From Octopus bimaculoides (taxonomy: Eukaryota), in the NCBI RefSeq assembly GCF_001194135.2, contig NC_068995.1, positions 53,141,303-53,185,334 on the forward strand: DNA of 44,032 bases, in the 5' to 3' direction. The first letter of the stretch is position 1, and each line of letters begins with the position of its first letter. The translations under genes were made by a program, and so were the position numbers. The notes beneath the pieces are model-generated. The model did no database searches. It worked only from the letters and a program-made list of their open reading frames with translations, and was not told where the DNA came from. Positions 1-12,398 of this stretch are shown here, piece after piece.

Positions 1-70
<70 letters not shown>
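1..70. repeat. (GT)n microsatellite
   Basis: Directly visible perfect dinucleotide run. Confidence 0.99.
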
Positions 71-74
<4 letters not shown>

Positions 75-586
75 ACGTACGTATGCATGGATGCATGTAT
101 GTATTGTAGTATTGTATATATAATAACGCTTGGCAAGAAACCTCAATGTTAACAAACAGGTGAGACAGCAACGTGGCTTAGCAACCATGTTTAAGCCGTA
201 ACAACAACAGCAAGAACCACAACAACTGCAATAATAACAATAGTAATAACAATAATAACAATAATAATAATGATAGTAATAATAATAATGATAACAACAG
301 CAAACATGTCTGGTGTAGTCTTTGTGTTAGCAGAAGCTGTGTTACCATGACATAACACGACAGCGGTGGATGGAATTAACATTACGACATACACTCAATT
401 TTCTTTCGTTGTGTATTTCCTTCATCATTTGCTGGCTTCATTCTTTCTTTATCTTTTCTTCTTTCTTTCTCTTTCTCTTTTTCTTTCTTTCTCTTTTGCT
501 TCCTTGCTTGATTTCATTCTCTTTTTTTTATCGATCATTTTTTTTTTACATTTTTCAAAAAGATAAATAATAAGTACTCGTATAGC

Positions 587-624
587 TACTATCTATCTAT
601 CTATCTATCTATCTACCTATCTAC

Positions 625-671
<47 letters not shown>

Positions 672-722
672 CTTATTTATCTATCTCTCTATCTATCTAT
701 ATATACATATATATATATATAT

Positions 723-785
<63 letters not shown>

Positions 786-797
786 GAGAGAGAGATT
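587..797. repeat. Compound microsatellite (CTAT)n-(TA)n-(GA)n
   Basis: Directly visible. Confidence 0.97.
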
Positions 798-1150
798 GAC
801 ATATATGAGTGATTGTGTGCGCACGTATTCATGTGCTACAGGTAACGTGGAACTTAGTACAACCTGTTGCAGGATCGGGTATTCGGTAACGAAACCGGCT
901 ATCCTGGTGAGCAGGGCTGCTAGAAACCTGGCAGGACTTAAAACGAAACCTACCTAAAGGACGGCTGAAACCAGCGTTGGCTCAACGACTGTCTAGCAAT
1001 AGCACGGGCGCTCAGACATTCCTGGTTATGGTTTTGATATAAAACCGGACATGCAGTGAGAGCAGAAGCTTCTGCCTAAATTTAGAATTCGCGGTCAATA
1101 AGACTATACTTACATACCAACATAAACATAAATCTACATACATACATACA

Positions 1151-1184
<34 letters not shown>

Positions 1185-1447
1185 CGCACATGCTTAAACA
1201 AACACATATAGCAAGAGAGAATGAGAAGAGTGGTAGGGTAAGTTTGAAAGTTCATGGCAAAGTACCTCGAACTTTTACCCCGCTATATTATTTGCACGTG
1301 TTAACCGAGGTAGGTCAAAGGGATTGCTAGGAAAGCCTTAATTGGTTTTAATTATGTTAATATCGCTTAGTGACCGTTGGGCACCACTTATTCCTGTTCT
1401 GCCCTTTTCCCTATGTATACATGTATATATGTCTGTATATATGTACG

Positions 1448-1449
<2 letters not shown>

Positions 1450-1502
<53 letters not shown>

Positions 1503-2201
1503 NNNNNNNNNNNNNNNNNNNNNNNNNNNNNNNNNNNNNNNNNNNNNNNNNNNNNNNNNNNNNNNNNNNNNNNNNNNNNNNNNNNNNNNNNNNNNNNNNN
1601 NNNNNNNNNNNNNNNNNNNNNNNNNNNNNNNNNNNNNNNNNNNNNNNNNNNNNNNNNNNNNNNNNNNNNNNNNNNNNNNNNNNNNNNNNNNNNNNNNNNN
1701 NNNNNNNNNNNNNNNNNNNNNNNNNNNNNNNNNNNNNNNNNNNNNNNNNNNNNNNNNNNNNNNNNNNNNNNNNNNNNNNNNNNNNNNNNNNNNNNNNNNN
1801 NNNNNNNNNNNNNNNNNNNNNNNNNNNNNNNNNNNNNNNNNNNNNNNNNNNNNNNNNNNNNNNNNNNNNNNNNNNNNNNNNNNNNNNNNNNNNNNNNNNN
1901 NNNNNNNNNNNNNNNNNNNNNNNNNNNNNNNNNNNNNNNNNNNNNNNNNNNNNNNNNNNNNNNNNNNNNNNNNNNNNNNNNNNNNNNNNNNNNNNNNNNN
2001 NNNNNNNNNNNNNNNNNNNNNNNNNNNNNNNNNNNNNNNNNNNNNNNNNNNNNNNNNNNNNNNNNNNNNNNNNNNNNNNNNNNNNNNNNNNNNNNNNNNN
2101 NNNNNNNNNNNNNNNNNNNNNNNNNNNNNNNNNNNNNNNNNNNNNNNNNNNNNNNNNNNNNNNNNNNNNNNNNNNNNNNNNNNNNNNNNNNNNNNNNNNN
2201 N

Positions 2202-2233
<32 letters not shown>
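1450..2233. other. Assembly gap (N 1503-2201) flanked by (TA)n
   Basis: N run; the ORF-track entries spanning it are artefacts. Confidence 0.99.
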
Positions 2234-2237
<4 letters not shown>

Positions 2238-2769
2238 ATATATGTATATACATAGATATGCATGCAGAAATATATTCCTACATACATACAGGCATGCACG
2301 CACACACAAACACAAACACACGCACACAAACACATACGTATATATGTATGTATATATATTCATGCAAGTGTACATCTATAATTGTTTGTGCCCGTCAGTC
2401 GGAAGTTACTCAATAAATAAAAAAGAAAAGAAAAGAAAAACGTAATCTGAATTATTTATTTGCTGCTGCAATTATCCTTGCCATAATAATGATTGTCTGT
2501 CTATGGGTCGTGACCAAAATTGAATCGCATTAGAAATCTGAAAATGTCGCTAAGACGATACTGTTCAGTTTGAAAATATTTGATGATGTATATAATGTTC
2601 ATGAATTTGGTGGCAGAAGATAAGCGAAGGGAGCAAAGTTAAAAACAGAACAATTTTACTTTATACAAAATAAAATGTAAAATATTTTCTCGCGTCCTGG
2701 GGCTCATATTGATAGTTACTTGTGTTCTATGGCATATAAGTGGTCGACATAACAATAGTGAAAAGCCTG

Positions 2770-2930
2770 ACCATTGCAGGTTTAGAGTTACTCCTCTGTA
2801 GAGGAGTGGCCTGGACCAACACAAAAATGAAGCATTTTTCTGAAGGACGCAACACACTGCCATATCCGGGAATCGAAACTTTAATCGAGAGTGTAGATCT
2901 TTAAACAATGGCCTACGTGCAGTTGCTACT
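2770..2930 (-). mobile_element. Degenerate tRNA-derived SINE head/CORE fragment (family D)
   Basis: The stretch TGAAGCATTTTTCTGAAGGACGCAACACAC...CCGGGAATCGAAAC is the reverse complement of a B-box (GTTTCGATTCCCGG) followed by a CORE-like segment, as in the copies at 8345 and 21095. Confidence 0.6.
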
Positions 2931-2940
2931 TCACGCAAAA

Positions 2941-3275
2941 GCTCAAATTCCGCCGAGGGCGACTTTACTTTTCATCCTTTCGGAGTCGATAAATTAAGTA
3001 CCAGTTGCGTACTGGAGTCGCTCTAATCGACTGCCCCCTCCCCAAAAGTTTCGGGCCTTGTGCCTAGAGTAGAAAAGAATCGTAACAACGCCGGACGAAA
3101 TGCTTAGTTGTATTTCGTCCGCCTTCACTTTTGGAATTCTAATTCTACCGAGGTCGACTTTACCTTTCATCTAATTGGGGTTGATAAAACAAGTATCTAC
3201 TGAATACTGGCGTCGATGTAATCTACACCCCCCTTCCCAGAAACTGCTGGCCTTGTGCCAAAATTCGAAATCATT
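2941..3275 (+). mobile_element. Two tandem copies of SINE family A (first copy 5'-truncated, 2941-3080; second 3077-3275)
   Basis: Both match the family-A body GAGTTCAAATTCCGCCGAGGTCGACTTTGCCTTTCATCCTTTCGGGGTCGATAAATTAAGTACCAG, which recurs at least 12 times in the window. Confidence 0.9.
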
Positions 3276-3284
3276 TGCTGCTGG

Positions 3285-3570
3285 TGAAGGCACGTGACCT
3301 AGCATTTAGGATGCTGCATTGACGATCGTAAAATCGTCGTTTCGGTTCCCGCTCAGATCGATACGTTTTTTTACTTGATTAAATCAATTCATTTCACATT
3401 GTGTGCTTCAGTTCACGCAATTATAAATGAGTTTAAGCTATATCTGGGAAGTCAAGCCTGTAACATACTCGCGTCCCATTCAGCGGGAGGCGAGGAGTGA
3501 TGTTATCTCATTCACTTCTGCGCTATGAAAACCAGGTTGAGCTTCGGCATTATGTGTCCTAGGAATCTTC
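3285..3570 (+). mobile_element. Old tRNA-derived SINE (family D) with a V/Meta-type conserved central domain
   Basis: A head GAAGGCACGTGACCTAG...GTTTCGGTTCCC is followed by CCTGTAACATACTCGCGTCCCATTCAGCGGGAGG...CTATGAAAACCAGGTTGAGCTTCGGC, which resembles a widely shared invertebrate SINE central domain (recalled, not searched). Confidence 0.6.
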
Positions 3571-4199
3571 ACCGACCCTAAGTAAGTACTTGCCGGTCGA
3601 GCAACTACATCCATACTCCTTCTTTGGGACAAACGATCATTTGAGATGGACATATCTTTCCGAATATTATTCGTGAAACAAATAACCTTTTTTTCTCTTT
3701 TTTTTCTGTTCTTAAATAATTCCTTTCTCGTGGCTCTGTGTTCACCGAGAAAATTTAATACTTTACAACGGCACCCGCTATTTCTTAATAATGAGTTATA
3801 AAATTAAGTATGCATTACTGTAATTAAAGAGAAGCATGTGATATTTATGAGCCACGTGCTCTTTTGTAATTGTTTAATGATAACTACTAATTAGGACTCT
3901 CCTAAAATATAAGACTAGTTCAAAAGACCGATTTCATATCAAATATCCGGCAAAAACATATTCAAAGGGCAATGTTTTTTTTTTTTTCGCGATGTTTATA
4001 TCGTTCACCGATAAACGGTAAATGATAGAAACACACACACACACACACACACACACATGCACGCACACAAACACATGCATGCATACATAACTATACAGAC
4101 ATACTTCAACATGTGTCAGTAACTGTTTCCAAGAATTGCGACTAAACTCGGAAAACGATGTTATACGAAAAATTATTTTTAAAAATTCATTTGCTTTAA

Positions 4200-4448
4200 T
4201 ATCTGCTGTAAAAAAAAGTGATTTGCACATATTTTCACGTATTTTATTTGATTTTCCACTTCAGTATTGCATTTTCATGTGTTTTTTTAAAATTATCCTT
4301 TTAAATATGTTCGCTGAGGTCGACATAAAGTCGGATAAGCCGACTGAAGTATTTATTTTAATTTTTTTTTCGTTAATTTCTTTTAAAAGTACTACGTAAA
4401 ATCGAAAGAGACGTAACTCGAGACGTCGTAAGTTGAGATATGCCTGTA
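4200..4448 (-). mobile_element. pogo/Tigger-like non-autonomous DNA transposon end
   Basis: The reverse complement begins TA+CAGGCATATCTCAACTTACG, resembling a Tigger-type TIR with a TA target site; a second diverged copy lies at 20520-20750. Confidence 0.6.
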
Positions 4449-4627
4449 TATATAATATATGTATAAAATATATGTCTATCACTTATAACCCCGGGCCTTG
4501 TGAATGGATTTTGTAGATAAAAACCGAAAGAAGTCTATCCTATGTATGCATGTATGTACGTACGTACGTACGTGTGTGTACGACGTGCATCTGTATAGTT
4601 CTGTCTATCAAACTCTACTCACAAAAT

Positions 4628-5031
4628 AATCTTTTCTTCACTAGGCACAAGGCCCGAAATTTTTGGGGAGGGGGGGTCAGTCGATTAGATCGACCCTATT
4701 ACACAACTGGTACTTAATTTATCGAGCCCCGAAAGGATGAAAGGCAAAGTCGACCTCGGCGGAATTTGAACTCAGAACATAAAGACAGACAAAATACCTA
4801 TTTCGTTATTGCCCACAAGGGGCTAGACATAGAGGGAACAAACAAGAACAGACGAACGGATTAAGTCGATTACATCGACCCCAGTGCGTAACTGGTACTT
4901 AATTTATCGACCCCGAAAGGATGAAAGGCAAAGTCGACCTCGGCGGAATTTGAACTCAGAACGTAACGGCAGACAAAATACCGCTAAGCATTTCGCCCGG
5001 CGTGCTAACGTTTCTGCCAGCTCGCCCCGCC
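4628..5031 (-). mobile_element. Tandem dimer of SINE family A (near full-length 4800-5031 plus 5'-truncated 4628-4805) with two different 3' tails
   Basis: The head GGCG..GAGCTGGCAGAAACGTTAGCACGCCGGGCGAAATGCTTAGCGG and the B-box-like GAGTTCAAATTCC are on the - strand; the two bodies are nearly identical. Confidence 0.92.
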
Positions 5032-5094
5032 TTTCTACTCACAAAATATTGATCAACCGAATGATAAACTATAAAACATTTACCGAATGTAATA

Positions 5095-5158
5095 CGGATC
5101 GAACTCGGATATACATTGTCACGTACAGATCTTCTTAACCGCACAGCTAAGCCTGCGC
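5095..5158 (-). mobile_element. Degenerate SINE family C head fragment
   Basis: CTTCTTAACCGCACAGCTA..CCTGCGC matches the reverse-complemented family-C head. Confidence 0.45.
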
Positions 5159-5768
5159 TCTAGTAGCTCTAAATAGCTATTTTGTGCCAGTAACATTTCA
5201 CTCATAATCAATGCTATTACTGATAACCATCTAAGCTGACCATCCTACAATATGTATTACTTTTAAATGTTATCGTCAAAATGTGTGATAAAAAAAATAA
5301 CATTTCTTTGCTGTTTTTGTTTAGCCCTAGGCCTGCTGTTGAAAATGGCGGTTGTCGTTGTGTGGTGTTATTTTTTTTATTCATATTCAAATTCGGAACC
5401 ATATGATATTTTTACTCTTCTACTCCTACACTTCCTCTTTGTTCAGTATTCCTAGTCTCATCCTTCCACTTCTCTCAATTTCTCCTTCCACCTTACCTTC
5501 ACCAGCTTCTCTTCATTTCTCTTTTCTTTTCCCTTTCTCAGCCAGTTACTTTCTCCTTACTATTTTCTATCTACGCATCGTCTTGCGTTCCTCATCAGCT
5601 GCAGCCAGTCTCTCAAACAAAAAGAATGTAAAACTCTGTTGTGTTTCGTTTATTTTATTCCTCCTACCATCGTTATTCTTCACTACGGTTTCACTGTACT
5701 CTTTGTGTTGCTTTTTTTTTTGCAAGTAATACGAATTTGCCCGAACAGCCCGAGTGCCGGAGTCACCA

Positions 5769-5771
<3 letters not shown>

Positions 5772-5837
<66 letters not shown>

Positions 5838-6110
5838 ACATATATATGTATGTATATATGCATGCATGTATGTGTATAGATAAATAGATAGATAGCTATA
5901 TTTACATATTATATATCGGATGTATTATTATTTTATTATAACATATATATTATATCATGCATTATATATTATATTGTATTATTCNNNNNNNNNNNNNNNN
6001 NNNNNNNNNNNNNNNNNNNNNNNNNNNNNNNNNNNNNNNNNNNNNNNNNNNNNNNNNNNNNGTGTGTATGTATGTATGTATGTATGTATGTATGTATGTA
6101 TGTATGTGCT
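5772..6110. repeat. (TA)n/(TG)n/(TATG)n microsatellites around gap N 5985-6061
   Basis: Directly visible. Confidence 0.95.
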
Positions 6111-6746
6111 GTTAGTAGACTGTAGAACCACTTATTATGAAATATGTCAGAAATAGCAATTGGAGAAATTCCATGAAGACATTTATTTATCGTTAATTGA
6201 ATTTTAAATGATATTTATGCCTCGATCAATATTGAACCACTGGAGTTCAAAATCATAGATCATAGCATCGTCGCTATCTTCGCAACTTGCACATGTTGAA
6301 TGTAGGACATCAGAGAATGTCGTTCGCAACACGTTTTCATTTCATTGATGTTAAACTTATCATCGATACCATCAAAACGAACAATTTCTATACACGTCCA
6401 TTTTATATATGGACTCCATTTTGTACGATGTAAAGAATCTTGGATACAAAGCGATGGAGGCAGACGACACTAAGAATAAAATGTTGCTTCTACAATTGCT
6501 CTTTATTTTCGTTACTTTCCTTTTCGCTGCTATTTTTCTTCGTTCTTTTAATTTTTGTTTACTTGTTTTCTTAGTTAAACACGGGATAGACGTAGGAATC
6601 ACCGAGAAGCGGAATCCGGTGTAGTCCTGTAAGAATAGCAGGATAGATTCATAGGTTTTTAGGTCATTTGAGATTATAACAATCGATATTGACTCTTAGT
6701 TTAAACATTGATAGTTTATTATCCCTGCTGCTATCTCCCTCCATCC

Positions 6747-6747
<1 letters not shown>

Positions 6748-6793
<46 letters not shown>

Positions 6794-7000
6794 NNNNNNN
6801 NNNNNNNNNNNNNNNNNNNNNNNNNNNNNNNNNNNNNNNNNNNNNNNNNNNNNNNNNNNNNNNNNNNNNNNNNNNNNNNNNNNNNNNNNNNNNNNNNNNN
6901 NNNNNNNNNNNNNNNNNNNNNNNNNNNNNNNNNNNNNNNNNNNNNNNNNNNNNNNNNNNNNNNNNNNNNNNNNNNNNNNNNNNNNNNNNNNNNNNNNNNN

Positions 7001-7058
<58 letters not shown>
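6748..7058. repeat. (CT)n - gap N 6794-7000 - (GA)n
   Basis: Directly visible. Confidence 0.97.
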
Positions 7059-7062
<4 letters not shown>

Positions 7063-7804
7063 GGGACGGAGAGAAGTGGGTAGATTTCTAAACTGAAGCA
7101 TTATGGATACTTGCAACAACAACAACAACAAAAAAAAACACTGAAGAAGAGAAAAAAATTGAAGCAAGGAAGTAAGAAAGAAAGAAAAGGATGCAATAAT
7201 GAACACCAGTGACAACAACAACAACAACAACAACAACACCCAGTAGTATGTAAAAAGAAAATTACCAGCAAACAACAAATGCTAAAATATTTTAATGTCA
7301 CAACAAATTTCAAATACAAATAAGAAAAAGGAAAATGGAATAACTGTTAATGAATTTCTGCCAAGAGCCAAGTGGAAGCTATAAGCGAAGAATGTCTTAA
7401 TCTGTGTTAGTAACAGCTCATTAATTATGTTAAGCTTGAGTCTTCGAGGCCGGGGGTTTTCTACGTTGTTGATCGACGTCTTCGATATAGCATTTAACGT
7501 TTAACGTATACACACACCAACCACCACCACCACCACCACCACCACCACTACTACCACATTGTTTTGTATTGTGTCTCCTTTCTTAGAATCCCGTAGGACA
7601 TTCCTATACCTCTGTTTGGATTTCCCAGCTCGTTCACGTTCCCGAACCACCACCACCACCACTATAACCACTACCACCACCATTATCACCACCACCACCA
7701 ACAACAACAACGTTACTCCGATGTTATCCTAATGTCATTAATACCACTACCATCTTCACCACGAACACCACCACAGAACTACGGCTACTATATCAATAAT
7801 AATT

Positions 7805-7999
7805 ATTTCAAACTTTTGCCATACGGGCAGCTTGGGATGAGTCGATTACATCGACTCCAGTGTTCAACTGGTACTTAATTTATCAACCCCGAAAGGGTGA
7901 AAGGTAATGTCGGCCTCGGCGGAATTTGAACTCAGAACATAGCGACATACCGCTAAGCATTTCGTCCAGCGTGCTAACAATTCGACCAGCTCGCTGCCT
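7805..7999 (-). mobile_element. SINE family A copy
   Basis: Matches the family-A body and head on the - strand. Confidence 0.88.
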
Positions 8000-8094
8000 T
8001 AGTTATATCAATAATAACAACAACAACAACATTAGAATATAGTAGACCACAGTCTAGGCCAATGACGGCACAAATCTACGCCGAGTTGTATATA

Positions 8095-8160
8095 ATGCCT
8101 GGTACTTTATTAGTATCGTTTGCCGAACCACTATTTTCCGGGGGTACAAATAGCGGGGAA
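8095..8160 (-). mobile_element. SINE family B fragment
   Basis: CCTGGTACTTTATT..TATCGTTTGCCGAACC matches the reverse complement of the family-B copy at 32575-32762. Confidence 0.55.
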
Positions 8161-8238
8161 GGACAAACAGAAACACAAAGTACAAAGACCTGTACTCACT
8201 ATGGTACTGAGTATTCTTTGCAATACTCAGCACTAAAC

Positions 8239-8239
<1 letters not shown>

Positions 8240-8329
<90 letters not shown>

Positions 8330-8342
8330 TGTGTTTGTGTGT
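8240..8342. repeat. (TG)n microsatellite
   Basis: Directly visible. Confidence 0.99.
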
Positions 8343-8344
8343 AT

Positions 8345-8620
8345 GAAGGTACATTGTTTAGTGGTTAAGGTGTTGTACTAATGATTGCGAGATCGTAGGT
8401 TCGATTCTCAGACCGGATGTTGCGTTGTGTTCTTGAGCAAAGCACTTCATTTCACGTTGCTCTGCGATCATTTCGACATCTGACGTGTGGCATCCGTTGC
8501 ACCTGTACAGGTAATGTCGATTTGATGGAGGGAGTGAGCTTATGTTTACACAAACATTTGATCACTAGAAACAAATCATGTGTGTGGTTGTTCGGTAAGA
8601 AATTGTCAAACCCTCACACA
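8345..8620 (+). mobile_element. tRNA-derived CORE-type SINE (family D)
   Basis: A-box-like TAGTGGTTAAG and B-box GGTTCGATTC, followed by the CORE-like GCGTTGTGTTCTTGAGCAAAGCACTTCATTTCACGTTGCTC. Confidence 0.8.
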
Positions 8621-8689
8621 TCATCCAATGATGGGAGAGTCCTTCATACATATATATGTGTGTGTGTCTATAAATACGTGTTGGGCGGG

Positions 8690-8790
8690 GTAACTGGTCG
8701 ACCTGAGTCTATGGTAAAAGACACTTGCCCAAGGTGTCACGCGGTGAGATGGAACATAAAGCTACGTGGTTGCGAAGGGAACATCTTTAC
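8690..8790 (-). mobile_element. SINE family C partial copy
   Basis: AGACACTTGCCCAAGGTGTCACGC matches the family-C CORE segment on the - strand. Confidence 0.75.
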
Positions 8791-9317
8791 CAATCACCCA
8801 TTTTGCCATCATTTCCGAATTCTAATTTTTTTCTCTTCTTTTTAAACTTTTTACTTTTTCTTTTTTCCTTCTGCTTTCATAAATTTCTTCCAGTGCGAAA
8901 GACACCGCAAAACCAGAAAACAAAAGTCACTGCAAAATCGATTTCCTTTTTGACTGGGGCTCTAATTGCCAAGATTGAAAGCAGTAAACAAATGGCTCCA
9001 TCTTATTGGCTATTGATATATGATATATCGATATTTAAGTGCATTAAACTGTATCTTAGACAACACAAGTGAATCGGGATTTAAGTGTGAGAGAGTGAAT
9101 ACAAACAGTTCGTTGTTCTCCGAATAATACAAATAAACAGTTGGATTAATTAGAAGCAAAGAAATCTCTTAGATGTTAAGATTGTTTGACTACACTCGCG
9201 CACGCGCGCACACAACACGCACATACATATGTATGTACTTATAAACATATATATGATATATGCATATACGTATATACGTATACATGCATACATACATATA
9301 TATATAATATATGTATA

Positions 9318-9366
9318 AACCCGGAACCATAAGGTTGGGAAGCAAGCTTCTTAACACATGGCCACG
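9318..9366 (-). mobile_element. SINE family C head fragment
   Basis: CCCGGAACCATAAGGTTGGGAAGCAAGCTTCTTAACACATGGCCAC. Confidence 0.75.
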
Positions 9367-10993
9367 AGTGGGTCTATACTCGTATATATAACACAACACC
9401 GACTTTCCAGACACTGATGAGCCGGAATATCTTAAATTGCGCACGCATTTATATTTATGTACCTTAGTGCATTTCTTTTAATATTTGATATTTGCCTTAT
9501 CACGAGTGTGTTGACAAAAGTGATTCTCCCTTAGTTTGAAAAAATCAGAAATCCGGAAATGTTTTGGAACAAAGGTTCCAGAAAATCGATGTCGTATATC
9601 AAAAAAGGAAATGACAGATATGAAGAAAATCCCCACCGACACCAGTCCAACAAGAATGGGAGGATCTTGGAAGACCATGAAGACAACCTTTCCCTCCATA
9701 TCTAATTAATTAAGAAATTTAATTAAGCGATTTTAGCTGTTTGTTTATTTTGCGTTTTATTCTTCGTAGTCCACTTTATCTGCGTTGTTAGTAATATGAA
9801 TGAGTTTTCTTTAGCGAATAATTATTAATCACTTTAACATCTGTGACATGTTTGCAGTTTATGTAGATTAACTACAAACTATGTTCTTTTCTTTCATCGG
9901 TGTTCCAAAGATGGTTAGAAAATTTCATATGGCTTTTAACATCTTTGTTTTTTTTTTTGTTTTTTTTGCTTACTGGCTTTTATCTGGAAAAATGTACCCA
10001 TGGTTTTCCTCCAAGTAAGTCCTCCGAGTAAAAAGAAAAAAAAATGACCCAGTTAATGACTTTCTTGAACCTATGGGCAGAGGGAAAATTCCAAAATGTC
10101 ATCCATTCTAGGAAGGAAAACAATGGCGTAGCTAGAATGCGTATCGACCGGGGCAGCCATTTGTGTTTGCCCCCACCTCGCCCTGCATCGGCCCCTAAAT
10201 AGGTTTACAGAACAGATCAAAAAGTAACCCTCCTATATAAGCATCTTCAGGAGGCACCCCCACTAGGTAAGCTGAAGGATTTGACATAGTGATTATTGCA
10301 AGGTGTGAGGTTTCGACGATTACAACACGGGTGACGAAAAGATGAGATACTGGCGAACCGGGTTTGTCAGAATGGATATGTCACGCAACATTGTTGAATA
10401 GAATTAATATCTCTTCACGCTTGTTCACGAATGGTTTTAGCAGTCTGCACATTCTCTCAGTTATAATGTGTGAGATCTGTGATCAAGTTGAGCATACGAA
10501 TGTTATGTTGCCATGGTATTTCCTACACAGGTAGGAAAACTTAAACAATTATAGTTAAGTGTCTTTCCCAGGGAAACAAAGTAATATAATGCATTGCAAA
10601 ATTGCAACATCGCAACACAACGCAACACGAGTGAACGCCTGCGGTGGCATAATAAACGTTATAAAGACTACGATGCGTAAGAAATGAAGAGAAGATTATC
10701 TGTGTAGTTTGAGTGATTAGAAAATAAGGATAGATCCCTAATGGTGAGATTGAAAATATTGGAAGTCGAATGTAGTGAAAGCAGGCGTGTGTAATAAGGT
10801 GTAGATGTATCAGTGGGTGGAGAAGGAGAGGAAGGAAATACAAGACTGAAAGTGAAAGTGAAAGTGAGAACGAGAGTGAAGACAGTCAATGTGTCTGTAT
10901 AAGTTTGTGTTTCGTTGAGTATCTGAATGTGTTTTTGAGTGTAAGCGTGTAGAGGAGATACAGTGTAGGAATGCACGAAAGAGATCTGTGAGC

Positions 10994-11027
<34 letters not shown>

Positions 11028-11712
11028 AAGAGAGAGGTGAGAGTAAAAGGAAGGAGTTTAAACCCCAGGAAAAACTGCACTGAGAAGAAATGCGACTAAA
11101 GCAAGGATTACAGGAGAGCATAAAATCTTCCTTGTTATGAAACGTTATCTCTGCGCTGCACATTGTAACTGCTGCGAAAGAAAGAAATCAAAGAGCGCAG
11201 AGTGCTGTCAAATATTTAAGTTGTTGATTGGATTTAAATGAAAAAAATAAAAAGGTAAATGCCTTATTTAAAATAGCTACAACGGCAATAGCAACAACAA
11301 TGGCAGCAACTACAAAAGCAACAACTTGTCTGCAAACAAGAATGTTGATTACGAAAAGGATGGGGACTTCATCTTTTTCATTTAATTTTCTGTATCGGAA
11401 TGAAAGGAAGGAATTTAAAAGGAAAATAAAATAATGTATGAAATAAAAGTTTTTTAAAAAATTAAAAATCCCCATTTCTTTAATCAGACTAATTTATCAA
11501 GTGGGAAGACAGCAATCGGATTCCAGGAAGAATCAGTGCCTGATTTCTCAGCAATGGTTAGAAAGAAGATATCCGATCAGATTATAAGACAGAACATAAA
11601 TTAAGGTTTTTAATGGAATAAATAAATTCAGTAAAGGATTAAAGATGAGAAACGAGAGCGTGTTTCTATCCCAATTGAACATTCTGAAAAACGGGATTAT
11701 ACGAAGTCACTG

Positions 11713-11884
<172 letters not shown>

Positions 11885-12355
11885 TAAGACATATTTTAAT
11901 TATAATATGGCACACACAAAGCTTTCAATATCTATCTTTCTGGAGACGGTGGTTCGTCCAGTCACAAATCTTTCCGAAGCCAATGAGATCTAGGAAAACA
12001 TGCAGAAAATTAAATAAAAAAAAAAAGCTTGTTTTATTACTTAAAAGTTTTCGGATTTATTGAATATCAACCACATCGACCTATCCAGTTAAGGAAACTC
12101 GCAATGGAGCATGTTATCGGCTGCTACTTTTGATTATCTCCCCTACCACCCCTCTTCTTCCTTTATTCCCAATCCGTGTTTGTGTTATTCCTCATCGTAT
12201 TCCTCGTTCACTTTCTCCCACCTTCGTTCTAATCTTAATACATATAAAAGTGTATATATAGGTATGTTTGTATGTGTGTGTATGTGTATATGAATATATG
12301 TATGCTTGTCTACGTGATACATGCATACATATGTAGATATATGTGTGTGTGTGTG

Positions 12356-12398
<43 letters not shown>

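Noticed and set aside
900-945. Hammerhead-like CTGGTGA-GCAG/CTGC-GAAAC
   Set aside because: The core is CUGGUGA with two extra nucleotides before GAAA, and there is no U-H cleavage site closing stem III.
1100-1111. AAGACTATACTT, identical to the U3 snoRNA 5' end
   Set aside because: Only 12 nt; it runs straight into a (CATA)n repeat and no boxes B, C or D follow.
6250-6500. - strand acceptor-like TTCTTAG followed by a ~69-codon open frame (CRLPPSLCIQD...)
   Set aside because: No recognisable protein motif, no linked exon, and such AG sites are frequent by chance.
9538-9705. Purine-rich candidate exon open in two + frames
   Set aside because: Stop avoidance is explained by composition; no donor or homology recognised.
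10121-10196. GGCGTAGCTAG...GCATCGGCCCCT, resembling a small MITE terminus
   Set aside because: Too short, with no matching opposite end nearby.
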